Of a stretch of DNA of 64,000 nucleotides, positions 12,400 through 25,503 are shown piece after piece. Under the pieces are notes generated by a model. That model saw nothing but the letters and a program-made list of their open reading frames with translations. It did no database searches and was not told the DNA's origin. Position 1 is the stretch's first letter. The number at the start of each line of letters is the position of its first letter. The translations under genes and the position numbers were made by a program. Source of the stretch: Lophium mytilinum (lineage: Eukaryota); the NCBI GenBank assembly GCA_010093605.1, contig MU004191.1:1038816-1102815 (forward strand). Reading direction: 5' to 3'.

Positions 12400-13276
12400 T
12401 TATGCTCCGTGGCTGTGATCTGCGTATTTCTCTATCGCATTGAAGACGACTGAGTTGTCTACGGCGCAATCAGCACCCAGCTCGCGACATCCTAGATCAG
12501 CTTCCAACTCAGCTCCGACATTCGACCTCATGCTTCGGATGATATTCGCAGCATACACACACGAGGATGTGTTGTTATATAGTGATTGATCCGGCAGATA
12601 ATTCGTCTCCTCAGGATACATCCATTGTGCACTTGGTATCTCGTAGGCGTAGTTCAGCTGTCGGTAGGATTCGTCAGGCATCTCTGACTGCTGGGTGGCA
12701 GTCGGCATGTGCGTGAATGTTGGAGTCGGGATGCTAGTAGGTGTATCGATGCTACTCGAGCCGATTGAGTGTGGACTGGCAGACTCGTTCCCGGTTTCCA
12801 GGCCCTTGGAGCGCTGGTGGGACAGCGAAAGCGTGGGAGGAAGGGGCACGCTTGTTGCTCCCGACGGTACACATGGAACACGGCCACAGGATGTCTGCCC
12901 ATTGCATGCCCTCTTCTGTCCTAGTATCGAGTCCAGGACTGGCGCCGCAGAAGCATGCTCGGGGGTGGAGACATGCCTGCCCATGACGGCGACTATTTCA
13001 GACTCAGACACGCCCCGCTCTCGCAGCAGGGCGCGCAGGCGTTTGTTCTCCTCCAACACGCGTCGAGCGGCATTCTGTATCTCAGCGGACGCCTCGACGC
13101 CTGTCTGCTCGCAACTCCGCAGCTTCGTCTCCAGCTCGTGAAGGTACTCCTTGCGCCGCGCGCGCGATCGCCGCTGGTTGTCTCGGATGCGGGCCAGGTT
13201 GCTAGAACTCTGCTACTGTCAGTACTGTGCTTGGCTGCTGAAGGAGTAGAAGTACCGCGACAGGAGTCTCGCTCAT
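12400..13276 (-). CDS. bZIP transcription factor, 2 exons
   Basis: Basic region and zipper NLARIRDNQRRSRARRKEYLHELETKLRSCEQTGVEASAEIQNAARRVLEENKRLRALL, with a Cys-containing C-terminal region (TSSCVYAANII...LGCRELGADCAVDN). The short first exon 13276-13256 and intron 13255-13210 are less certain. Confidence 0.85.
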
Positions 13277-14049
13277 GGTAAAGGACGGTCACAGGAGAGT
13301 AGTGCTGACGATGCGTAGACTTAACAGGCAGAGTGTCTTGTGGTAGGCAGTTCTACGGCTATCGATCTAGCACTTCGTACTTCGGGCGACAGGCGCAATG
13401 CTACTTTTCAAGTGCTACGAGGACTCGGTCATTGTCTAATGCAGCAAACGCCACCAATGGCTAGAATGCTCCGTCGCCTTGCTGCGGGCCAAGGCGTGCA
13501 ACTCCAGGACCAGGACCAGGAAGAAGAAGCTCTTTGGTGTGCGTGGTCGGCGAGGTGGCAGCGATCCCAGCAAAACGGTCTATTTCCGAGGAGGTGAAGA
13601 AGAAAAAGAAGCCAAGGAAAAGAGGAATAAATAACTTATGTCAGGCGGTCTCGGGTATCGTTTCTAGCTGCCGGCGTCGTCCCTTGGTCCCAAGTTCGGC
13701 TTCCCTAGCGCGTGGTGCACTCCCGCTGGAACGCTTCCCCTTGTCCCCTGTATCAGATCGCGATACCGCTGGGTGTTGTATGGTTCGTCTATGACGACGG
13801 CCAGCAGCTGAACCCGAACTGACAGCAACCTTCCTGCTGCGGAACTGTGATTAATTACGACACCCACACACTGTCACACGATCGTCCATGATAAGACGGC
13901 TGGGGCGGTGCGCAGATTGCGATAGCCCGTCGTTGTTGTTGCACTTCTTTTCAGCTTTCAGCTGCACATGAAACTTCGTCTTCCACCCACGAACCCCGTC
14001 AACCTCGACGCCTACAACCCCGACTCTGCTGTCAGAGTCTGCCATCGCC

Positions 14050-14948
14050 ATGGTGTTCTGGAAGGGAAGCAGCCCTGCTTCCGAAACAGCATTTGACCCT
14101 ACACACCGCTTCGTCACCTCGTGGATCCTCCCGCCTGGAGGGCTGTTTGCTGTCCGAGCCCTGCTCTCTTTGTACGCCTTCACAACCATCTTCTTCATTT
14201 TCGGATGGTATGGCACCCATGGCCTCACCCAGGCGTCCGAGAGATCTTTCAGCTACTTCACAAACCTCACCTATTGGGGTCTGGCATTCTATTTTGCCTT
14301 TAGTGCTCTGCACACGGGAAGCTACTGGTTGACGGGCTTGCCCTTCCTCGCACGCTGGCCCCGATTCCTCCAAAATCTGCACAGCATATTCTATACCACT
14401 ATCGTCGTGTTCCCCTGGCTAGTCACTAGTAAGTTACCTTCTGCTGTACCACACTATGTCAGTGACCTGACTAACTCTGTCTAGTTGTCTTTTGGGCCCT
14501 GCTGTACTCGCGCTTCTATACCGAGTTCCAAACCTGGACAAACACCTCCCAGCACGCGCTCAACTCGGTCTTTGCTTTCATCGAGATCATCCTTCCGCGC
14601 ACGGCTCCGCTGCCCTTTCTCCACATCATACCCTTGATCATTCTGCTCGCACTATACCTGGGACTGGCCTACCTCACGCACGACACGCAACACTTCTTCG
14701 TGTACAGCTTCTTGGATAACAGGACACACTCTAAAGGCGTGGTTGCAGGCTACTGCATTGGTATTCTCGTCGCCGCTATTGTCATCTTCCTTCTCGTTCG
14801 GTACTTGATCTGGTCGAGGATCTGGATCTCCGAAAAACAGTTGGGCTTGCATGGGAAGTGGAGCAGCCGCGGTTCGAACCAGAGACTAACAAGCCCCGAA
14901 GAAGGAAAAGAGGTTGCTATGATAGATCTGCCTGTTAGGAAGGAGTGA
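14050..14948 (+). CDS. FAR-17a/AIG1-like integral membrane protein, 2 exons
   Basis: Exons 14050-14428 and 14485-14948 (intron GTAAGT..CTAAC..TAG). Motifs FSYFTNLTYWGL and WTNTSQHALNSVFAFIEI, plus about 6 TM segments. Confidence 0.8.
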
Positions 14949-17900
14949 GTGTTCAGACCACGAGTCGTCCCCAGTGGCGTTCATGTTTCAAACGGTATAC
15001 CCTTGTTTTAATTCTACTTCATATAATGCCGTACATTCACTGTTCGCGCGCTGCTAGGTGCATATGCCGTCTCCTCCATGACTCGTGCAAAGACCACCAC
15101 TTTCTAGAGGTTGGGGCTGAACATCGCATCTTGATGCCCGAGACCGATCTACTACTACCACTAATCATGTCCAGGTTTACGTATATTTTTTTTGGACGAG
15201 CTTCATTTCTACCCTATCACACACTCGGGTTTCATCGCAACATCCACCCTAATACCAACGCATATGACGGCTCACGTCCAGACCCTCGAGACGCCATAGT
15301 ATCACCACGTGTGATGCTCTAAGGCGGCATCATAGCCGCCTCTGCCGCTCGTCTAGAACGAAGATCAGCCTTACCAGACACCCTCTTAACGCAGCTCTGC
15401 GTCTCATACCACAAACGAAAACCATGCGCCATAGCCATACTGAAAGTCGTCAAAAGCCCTCCCCACCCCTCAGCGAGACATATTACCGTATTCCTCTACG
15501 CATCAGTGATTGGGGCCCGCAACTAGCCGCTGCTCAGTGCCAATACTGACGACTAAAGCCTCGCCCAACAAGGAAGGCGTATGACCGCTTCAATTACTGG
15601 GCATTAGCACGGGGTGAAGAACACAGCCAGGAGGTTCCAAGCGCCTTCGATGCGTCCCGCTGAAGCGGTCTCTGGAAGTTGGACATCTCATCCAATCAAC
15701 ACCCCGCGTGTGGACCATACCCCTTCGTCAACCCTGCGAGCACAGTACGGGAAAGGATTGGAAAAGCAACTCTTCCATGATTGGAAGGGGTCTGCAGTAC
15801 GATTGACCAGGATTCGAAGTATTCCATATGTGCTCATAGATACTTCGCCAGCAAGGCAGTATCTTGAAGGCGGAATCGAATTGCAAGCGATCACTACGAG
15901 TGTACGAGGGCAGCATCTTCAAGGTGACAGCAGCCTCGTAGAATGCGGCGGTTTATCCAGTTAATGTTACCCGTGAGTGTTATTCACTTCACACTCGCTT
16001 CTAAGTTTCCCAGCTCGTAAGACCTTTCCTTTACTCAGGTATAAGTATACTTCGAGACACCGTTTGATAGACTAAACAGATAAGCTATTTGCTGAAGACA
16101 AACCGGAGTCAGTCATTCTGCTAATCAGTCATCGACTTAGTCGTGTCCACGTTGCGGTATGTAATCCGTGGCATGTCTAAAGTGTGAAGTCTCTCGAAGT
16201 GAATGACTGTAAGCGAGTCTACTTCCACCGACTAGGTTAAGGCGTCGTTTTGATCGGTGAAATATCTTTATCGTGTCCCGGATGTTAGCATATTGTACTG
16301 AAAAGTGTAGAGCCCTCAGAGTGAAAGAAGGACGCTGCTAAGCGAGAAGAGGTGAATGTTTTCAACGTTTGGGACGGGACGAGGTTTTCACCTTCGATAA
16401 ATTTCTATGAGTTTTACTGAACCTTCGCTAAACTAGGTAACTTTTGGCAGATTGAAAGATGTAGGGTCTCGGAAGTGAATGGAACGGCACTGTTAAGGGA
16501 GCCTAGCGAGCATTCACCTTGGCTACATGACCAAAGTCAGTATTCAGCATCTGAACCACTAAACATAGTACGTCTTAGCAGGCTGAAAAGCGTTGAGTGC
16601 CTGAAGTGATTTTGGGGACGTAGGGTGCTTCAATCTTCGTGAAGGACATATATCTTCCCACCGCAAGGGCCGCACTGTGATATCCACGCTCGTTCTTAGG
16701 TAGGAAAGTCAGACATTGTAGCTTAGGCCTTTGAATATCATCTGGTTCTGTAGCCACAGGCAGGACTTCGTCCCAAACACTTTTCCATAGTTAGACGTGT
16801 TTGGAAGGCCTTCCGACTCTTGATAATCCTGAATTATCAAGACCTGATTCATTACCAGCCGCTTCCACCCCGTCCAGACAATCTCTAAAAGCCACATGCC
16901 CACAGTCTCACCTCCCTCCGTCCCCATCCCCACCCCCACCTTCACGCTTCTCCGCGCCACACACTCAAACCCGGAACCCGAGCGCGGCCTCTCAATCATC
17001 GTACTACCCGACCCGGCGACCCAGACCACAGGCGCTCCCCTTCCATATTTATTCCAGAAGCTTACACCGAGACCGTCTCACCAACCCGGCATGCTGAACG
17101 AGACACGTCCAACACCGAACGATTCCACGGACTACGACAGTGTCTAGGCCACGAAACCCGTCGACCAGGCCCGCGGGTGTGTCGCGTCTATTTCCAGCAT
17201 CGCCCTGGAAAAGCCGGTAAGGCTTCGGTGAGACATTAATGCTCGACGAAATTCGATAGCGCTGTTCCTACGCTCTGGTTGATTTTCATCTTGAATGCTC
17301 GACCTGCGTCATGCTCGCTCGCCTCAAGCTTTCGTTGTAGCCCTATTTAGTAGCATGCTGTACGCAATTAGTCGTTTGTTTGAAAAGGTAGTCAGACCTC
17401 AGCCCCGTCCAGACTCCAACCCACACCCCAGTACGCCACCAATCGCGAAAAAATCTCACCACATTCTCCGAACCGAGCCAGCTGGATTTAACCTCACATA
17501 CGACCCGGAGCATGCAGGCTCGGCCCGCGCCGGCGTGCGCTTAACTTCGTAAACATCCGGGCTCGTAAGCTTGTCTCATCAAACCCTGCTTCTAGGTAAA
17601 ACGAACCCCCTCGCTTCGGGAGGCCAGCTGTTCTCAGATCACACAAGCGTAATGCAGAATGTCGAAAAAGTCGGGGCTCCAGGTCCACGCGCGCGAGACC
17701 CGAGACCAGCTTCCACGTTTTCTACGACAGCGACGGGGGGTCTTTCCAATCGTAGATTTCTGCCCGCACACGGGCACACTCGCATGCGTCTGTGGGTTGA
17801 TGTTGAAACGGCGGAACGGATCGCGCCGCGGAGCGGCCGATGGAGCACATGTGGTGCACGGATGAGGAAGGTGGATGGTTGAGTAGGTAGGTAGGTGGGT

Positions 17901-18872
17901 AAAGGTGCCTTGTAGATCGCAGAAGACAGAAAAGTGTGTTTGCGTAGGAGCTTAATGAAGACGTTTGAGTGTGCGTGAAGAAATGGAAGGACTCTGTGTG
18001 GTCTGGGACGCCGTGTGGAGGATAGATAGTTGTATGGGTGAGTGGGTAGGTAGACTGTAGATGAAGGGTAGGAGAAGGGTAAGCGAGAAACGTCGGATTA
18101 GACTATATTTCTGTGTATATCTAGAGTGAAAGTAGACGAAACAGGCGGGTACTATGTTCGACGACGCTTGCTCTCATTGGACAACGGCGTCTGTTAATAC
18201 GATCAAAGAGGCGGTGACATGGCATCGAGCAGGGTTGGCAGATAAGGGTTCAGGTCGTGCGGTAGGCGCCGGAGCTAGTCAGATGGTCAGAGTCCTTGAA
18301 CCTTGGAAGAATTGGACCATCTTCTCATTGATGTTTACATACCTTTCGATGCTAGCGGATCCAGTAGTCAGGTCTGGCAGTCAATAGAAGGAGAACGGAA
18401 AATATCAGATCAGTCTTGATTGTACTAGGAGGCAGCTCGCTCTCTGTTAGACTAAGTCTGAGCAGCAGATTGCAGGAGAGCTTGTTACCAGATGCCATGA
18501 AAACACTAATCTAAAGGAGAAAGCGGCCGCGATACCCCGAGCCCCCATATCTGAGAAAGGCAGAGAGCATTGATTTCCGGACAAGAAAAGCTCTGAGTGC
18601 CTTGTGACAGGAGGAGCGCCCCGGAGAGTAGAAAAAGCCTTGATGAACACCGGGTCCCAACAAACGAAATAAAACTGTTAAAGCAGAAGAGAAAGCAGGC
18701 CGCGTGAAGGCCTGCAAAGAAAAGAGTTAAACTGACGGTAACGTGCTTCAAGATATGAACATTTTCCGGGAGCCCCCAACCTGGAAAAGTTCCGCATGCA
18801 TTCCAGCACCGAGCAATGACAGGTATTTCTCCCAAACAACAGCCACACGCATATTGGCCTTTGTGCTATCCC

Positions 18873-19669
18873 CTACATAACGGTGCACCCGCAGCAGCCC
18901 CGCTTCTTGTCGTGGCCGTCCATCTCCAGCTTGCTCATCTGGCCGTTCGCCCCTTGCTGGGGCGCTCCCGAGTACGATGACATCTCCTTGTTATATCTGC
19001 GAATCTCCCGGACAATGTCGTAGAAGGCGTTGTCGACGTTGATGCGTGATTTCGCCGAGGTCTCAATGAACTTGCAGCCAAATTGTCGGGCTAGGTTTTG
19101 GCCCTCTTTTACGGGGTTAGTGCCAAATATAGATGGACCGCCGAAAATGAAAGAAACTGACCTTGGGTTGAAACCTGCCTCTCGCCCTCGAGATCGCACT
19201 TGTTGCCGACGACAATCATCGGAAAGTAGTCCTTGTCCTTGACTCGTAGAATCTGCTGCTGGAAGGTCATGATCTCCTCGAAGGATTGCCGGTCTGTTAT
19301 CGAGTAGACGAGCAGGAAGCCCTCGCCGGTCCGCATGTACTGCTCCCGCATGGCCGAGTACTCCTCCTGGCCGGCCGTGTCGAGTACGTCGAGCAGGGCG
19401 ACCTCGTCGTCGATCACGCACTGCTTGCGGTACGAGTCTGCGGTCAGACATGTCAGCTCATCGAGGCGGCAGAAAGACATGCAGACAACTGACCTTCAAT
19501 GGTTGGATCATACTCGTCTACAAAGTGGCTTTGAATGAGTTGGATGGTTAAGCACGACTTTCCCACGCCACCTCCTCCTACCACGACCAACTTGTACTCC
19601 CGGAGGAACTAGCAGGCGGTCAGCGGTGCCCCTGAACGGCATCTGACGAAAACATACCTTTGAAGCCAT
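18873..19669 (-). CDS. ras1: Ras GTPase (Ras1/RasA), 211 aa, 4 exons
   Basis: Exons 19669-19658, 19608-19494, 19437-19162, 19105-18873. Contains [33 protein letters not shown] and a C-terminal CCGCTVM CAAX box. Confidence 0.98.
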
Positions 19670-20950
19670 TGTGTGTGAAGTGGACTAGAACGCTGCGGCG
19701 TCGGGGTCGACGGATGGAGGGCCGCAGTGGTCGGCGCTTGTTCGCTGGCGGAGTGTGCAGCGAGGAGGCGCGAAGATGGGCGGTCAGCGGGCGGCAGCGA
19801 GGGCGTGAGGACGAGCAGCTTGGGTGTCGAGCAGCGTCGGGGCACAGCAATTGACGTTGGGGTGCAGCTGGGGGATTGTGGTGATGGGATCGTGGTGTTG
19901 AACGGGGGAGGTTCTGGAGAAGAAAGCAGCTTCACGTTCGGTAAGGAAGCTTCGGGCGCTGATTCGCCGCATCCTCGCGCAGCGACCGCATTACTGCTAG
20001 CCCAAGACGGGCCTGTGTGCCTGTCTCTACTCCCCGACCTCCCCACCTGGCCTGCCTGGGGCACGATCAGGGTGCTGTCTTGCCGCCCTCAAGCCGCGAG
20101 CCGTTGCACCTAAGCACCTTTGCTCGCCGTGACCCCCATCCGCCAAAAGAAAGGCAGGCCGCCAGCACTGCTTCACCTCCCTGACCACCACGACACCCGC
20201 CGCGAACAGACCTAGCGGGCCCCTAGGCGAATCGGCCGCCGTCTGTTCCACGGTCCTGCTCCCACGACGGCGTTTAGGGCTCCTCTGCAGAGGGGAGGGC
20301 GGCCTGGCCAGGGGGTGGTCCGACAAGGCTCGGGAGTGAATGGCTTGCTAGAGACCGGGGGAGCTGGGCCACTCAACGCTCCGCGCACGTGAGTGAATCT
20401 CAATGTGCGCGAGCGGTCCTCAGAGTCAGGGAGCCCCTTGTTGCCGTCGGAAACATGCTTCTCTGAGCGATACCACGCGGGGTATATCAGCCCTGCGCCC
20501 TGCATTTTGTCGGCCAGCGGTCCAGCGCCAGTATCAGGACCTCGTCCATCCAGCAGGGCAAGTCTATCATGCCCAGCACGCAGCCAAGTTGCTGGCGGCC
20601 ACGAGGGCCGTTGGAGCAGGGCGCACGAGGCAGGGCAGGCAGAGCAGGCAGGGCAGGCCGTAGGCGTTGACAGAACTCTATTGAACGATAGCGCTATCAC
20701 CGCTGTATGCACCTTGTCGGGACACATGGCTTGGCGCAGCCCCCAGACCCTAGGCTAGCATGCTAGAGCTCAACGCGGCGGCGCTGGACGGCTTCTGGAT
20801 GTTTTCGAGAACATCTCTCGGAGTACGGGACGGCCTCCGTGGGACGGTCCGCGTCGAACTCTTGCCACTCACTGCGAACACTGCAACACCATCGTCACTA
20901 GCACTATGCCGCAACTTGCGTCTATTGCGTGGCCTTGTCACCTCTGTCCC

Positions 20951-22066
20951 TCACCCCGACGCCAGCTTGCCCGCCTCTGGGTCGGCCTTCTCTGAGTCGT
21001 CCTCCCCTTCGACCGCCACCCGCTTCCCTTGCACGGCCTGTTCCACCTCTGCCACCAGGCTCTCCAAGAACTCCAGGTCGCGTCCCACAAGCGTCACCGT
21101 GTTGTGCTCCTTGCCCCAGCGCGGATAGCTGCCCACCTTGACTCCCTTTGGCTCCACGCGGCCCGCCAGCTGTGTCAGATATTCCGCAATTGCGCTCTCG
21201 GCCATTGGCGTAGAAATCAATACCCGTTGTACGCCCTTGCCCTCAGGGTCTGTCAGCCGCGGCAGTATGCGCGGCTTCAGCCCATCCAGCATCTGCTGGA
21301 ACAGCCTGGGCACGCCGGGGAGAATGTGGATGTTGCCGTTTACTACGCTGACGGGTACCCAAAGAGTCTCGTCTACAAATACCACCTGGTCTTCGTACGG
21401 CTTTGAGTCGTCTAGCGGCAGCTCTATCATCCGCTTCTTCGCCGTCAACGACGCAGACGGTGTATCCCAGCTGAAGTTCGGTTGTGAAGGGTGCGGCTTC
21501 GATAGCCGCTTCATCCGTGCAAATGCATCCTCGTGTAGTTTCAAGGGCAGGTCAAAGGCTTTCGCAATCGATTGATATGTGATATCGTCATGTCTGCGGT
21601 GTGGGGTTGCATTAGCAGGCGTCTGTGAAGCCTGAGCGAGCACTCACGTAGGACCGATGCCTCCCGATGTCACTATGAAATCGTAGTTTTTAGACATACG
21701 TCGCGCAGCTTCCACGATCTCGTCTTCGTCATCGGCAATGACCTCTATCCGCTTCAGGTTGATTCCCAGCGAGAAACAGAACTTGGCGAGGTACGCCGAA
21801 TTGGTGTCAACGGTCTACACGGGCCCATTAGCAAGCAGACTCTCCTCTGATGGGCTATCGGTAGTGACCTTGCCGCCGAGCACCTCGTCCCCAATGATTA
21901 GACATGCCGCCGTGTGTATGAGGCTCTTCCCTTGGCTCTCGGTCGCCATGGCTGATGACGTTATAGATGTTCGGAAGGTTGACTGGGGACTCGCCGCAGA
22001 GCGATGCGCGTAATTCGGGAGCGGCCGAGAGAGGTGGCGGACGACCTGATTGAGTCTGCTGAACAT
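20951..22066 (-). CDS. Molybdopterin-binding (MoCF/CinA-like) domain protein, FAD pyrophosphatase Fpy1-like, with a probable mitochondrial presequence, 3 exons
   Basis: Exons 22066-21869, 21814-21648, 21593-20951. Motifs [36 protein letters not shown] and KVGSYP. The N-terminus is Arg/Ser-rich and acid-free. Confidence 0.9.
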
Positions 22067-22279
22067 GGGACGATTCTTGCGGATGAGTGTTCACGGCGCC
22101 GTGATTTGCTGGCGGTGCGACGTGAAAGACGACGGTGCATGATGTTTCTCGCGGAGGTTCATCCGCGAGTCAGCTTGCCCCGCATGCTCCACCCGTGGAC
22201 CTCATGCCACCGCGGCCATCTCAGCCCTATCTCTCAAGCAACACTGAAGTAATTGCCCTCCTAAGGCTCTGCTACCAGC

Positions 22280-22920
22280 ATGGCCTCCGAATCTCGCCTC
22301 TATACCTTCTCGACAGAGACAAAGGTACTGAACACCCCACCAATACTTCATTGATCGTCAGTTTAACAGGCATCTAGGACAAGCTACGCAAGTTCCGCCT
22401 GGGCACCTCACGGGCAAAGGACCCCCGGGCCGTCATCTGTATGCCTCTGCCACTCCCTATCACCCAGTAACCACGACACGAGTCCTCGTGGCGCCACTTT
22501 GTCGATCCCTCGCTCCACCGGTGCTGACTCGCCTTGCTCAAGCAAGACCAGATTGATAAGAAGACGCTGGAGATATCACAGGCAGAGGACGATGTCTTCA
22601 CCAACATGCAGGAGCTAGGCGAAGAGCTGCCAGATCATGCTCCGCGATTCATCCTCCTCAGCTACCCCCTCACCCTCGTATGTTCACGCAATCGAGCCAC
22701 CAGACACGCGCTTACAGTGCTCTTGCAGCCCTCCGGCCGGCTATCAGTGCCGTATGTCATGATATACTACCTTCCTGTCACATGCAATAGCGAAGTCAAG
22801 ATGCTGTATGCTGGTGCTAAGGAACTCATGCGTAACACCGCGGAGACGGGTAAGATAATTGAGATCGACTCAGCCGAGGACCTAGAGGACATTGAAGAGA
22901 AGCTCAAGGGGGAGTCATGA
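22280..22920 (+). CDS. AIM7: Glia maturation factor (ADF-H family, Arp2/3 debranching factor), 4 exons
   Basis: Spliced product MASESRLYTFSTETKDKLRKFRLGTSRAKDPRAVIYQIDKK...LPDHAPRFILLSYPLTLPSGRLSVPYVMIYYLPVTCNSEVKMLYAGAKE, with canonical GT-AG introns. Confidence 0.92.
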
Positions 22921-24239
22921 TATGGGAAGATCAATATCTAATGGATCCTTCTTCCTTGTCATTTTCATAAAGGGTGCACCGGTCCGTCAGCCGTCTCATG
23001 GGAGAGGTCAGTGCTGGCTATTACTTCCAGGTAAACGGACTATTCTAATGTACGCTTCCGGATTGTTGGTGCCTTGCCGTCTTTGGAGAGATCCACACTA
23101 TCAAACTCCATCAGAATTTTCTCATGCAGGCTAGTATCATAGTCCATACATCCTGTTGTCTCGCCAACACCTTTCCCATGTACTCCGCACAGACTTCAGA
23201 GGCGACGAACATCTGTAAGCCAAGTCATGTACTAATCAGACAAGTTCGACTACCTAGTCGCTAAAATCTCGTTGCCATGCTTCCGGCCTGTCCACTCCCT
23301 CGGGAATCCAATAGTTTGGCATCTTCCGCCACCCCTGCGTCTTGCATCACTTATCACAAGCAAATCCACCTCAAATCCAATCACACATCTCAAGATAGCA
23401 GAATCTTCTAGTTTCCAATGATCACTCTCAGGGTTCTCCGCACTTGCGACCAATCCATCACCTGCTATACTCTAGGGTTTTCCAAAGTGCATCCTTCGCG
23501 ACCGAGGGAACTCGCCTCAATTTTCCTATTTCTCCCGATTGCATGTTCTAGAGGTGCAGCATACTATTTGCCCCAACAAGCCCGCACACACAGCTCCACT
23601 TCCTATTGAAAAAACCCTGTCACGATTTGACGGCTTCAGCGATTGCGAGTACTGTTAGTTCGCCTCTCGCTTGTAAGCAATGGTGATACGACCACGTGGT
23701 CGGCTTCGTGCAGACTTCACATGAACTGCTGTATACGACCTCTCAATACGACTGCAATATAGGAATTCAACCCGCTTCGTTGTCTCTTGCTACCCTGCAA
23801 AATAACTCACACAAAAGCTCGCTGTCTTCACGGGACCAACACCCCAATAATGATGACCAGCAATGCTAACTCAAATGCTCTATGGGTTGAGAGAAGTTCG
23901 GATGTCCACCCCGAGCGGTACATTTATTCCCATCAAGCCTTCCTGCCTTAGTTGCAGTCACCGTAGACTCCTGCGGGTAGTCTCCTGCTACCAGGAAACG
24001 AAGACAGAAGCACGGTCAATGTATAAAGAACCAGTGTTTCCAGCCCTTCCATTGCTAGCTCAGTTCCTCAATCTGCCTCCAATTGTTCTCTAAGTCTTGA
24101 GATAATTGACCCATGCGGGTGCTCTCTTCCACAAGGCGTTATCGAGGGTGGTGGCGCACGACGGCCAACTACCAGCCCATCCGCCATATCTATTCCCATC
24201 CCTTATCCGTTCTCACTTCTCTTCATATAGGGGCCACTG

Positions 24240-25025
24240 TGCCTCCCTGGTCACAAAATCTCACAGAATCAGCCGCGAAAGTCAAAGTTTTATACACCCG
24301 GCGTCCGATCTGCGCGGTTGCATCTCACCCCAAAAACACAGGTCCTAGATCAGGGCAACGCCATTAGCATGATGCGAACCTAGCGAAGCGCTTCCGTAGA
24401 AAGATGACCTGTTCTGGTTACGAGTTGTTACAGATTCAACCGCATAACACAAAATCTAATAGACGCAGCGTACACTCTACGTGGTTGCTTTTTACTCCAG
24501 AACCACAAGTTTTAAATCAGCACGATGCTTTAGCTTTTTGCAAACCTAGCGAGGCGCCCCCGAGGCAAGATTGTCCCGTTTAGTCACAAGTTGTTACATA
24601 TTCAACCGCATAATACTAAGTCTAACAGACGCAGCGTATACTCTGTGTGGTTACTTTTTACTTCAAAACCACAGGCCCTAAATCAGCACGAAGCTTCTAG
24701 CGTTTTGCAAACTTAGCGAGGCGCCCCTGGGGCAGGATTGGCCCTTTTAATTACAAGTTGTTACATATCTAACCGCATAATGAAGACGCAATTTTCACCC
24801 TACAACACAGGTCGAACATCAGCACAATGTTTTGAGCGTCTTACAAACCTAGCGAGGCGCCCCTAAGGCAAGATCATCCATTTCAGTTACAAGTTGTCAC
24901 ATATTCAACCGCACGGAAAAAACTCAAATTTCACCCCGGAGCCACAGGCCCTAGATCAGGCCCACGCCGTTAGCATAACGTAGACCCGTTGAAGCGCCCC
25001 TGGAGCAAAATCACCTTTTGAGTAT
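24240..25025. repeat. Degenerate tandem array, ~5.5 units of 136-167 bp
   Basis: CACA(G/A)G anchors at 24337, 24504, 24670, 24806, 24943. Recurring cores AACCTAGCGAGGCGCCCC and ACAAGTTGTTACATATTCAACCGCA. A partial, older unit starts near 24240. Confidence 0.9.
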
Positions 25026-25503
25026 TAAACAGGACGGGCCAGATAAGCATACGCATCTCTTCAACTTGTGTCCTCAAGATTTGTTTCCCCTTATTGCCGT
25101 TTTGCCATGCGTCTGTGATGGTAGATACTACTAAGGCTATAGTCAAGGCTTGTATAGGAAAGGCAGCATGAATGAGTGTGGAACGCTCTCTGTGTGTCTG
25201 TTTACGAAGAGAAGCAGGTTGGTGTACTCTCGCGCTTAAATACATGCGGGGTCAATGAAGGCCAGGCAGAATCTTTTGTTTTGCATATATGGTTGTACAC
25301 GAAGTTAAAGGTATAAGACGACTACAAAATCCGCCGTCATACTGGAAGCTTCTGAACCTTCCGTTGACCCCTTGAAGAATAGGGGATCGGCTGAGTCAAC
25401 GCCGGCCTTACTCCATGTAAGTACAATAAAAGTACATATGATACGCTGCATATCGACCAAACAGTCTGTCAGCCCTGACGCCCCGACATAACCCAGAAAA
25501 CCT

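Noticed and set aside
15300..18800. Several short ORFs (15614-15964, 16896-17147, 17295-17882) in a 3.5-kb gap
   Set aside because: No motif, consistent exon chain or repeat structure that I could support. Left unannotated.
23850..23960. C/D-box snoRNA suggested by ATGATGA
   Set aside because: No downstream CTGA D box or terminal stem at a suitable distance.
24240..25025. CRISPR-like array
   Set aside because: The segments between the conserved cores are homologous to each other rather than unique spacers. The context is eukaryotic and there are no cas genes.
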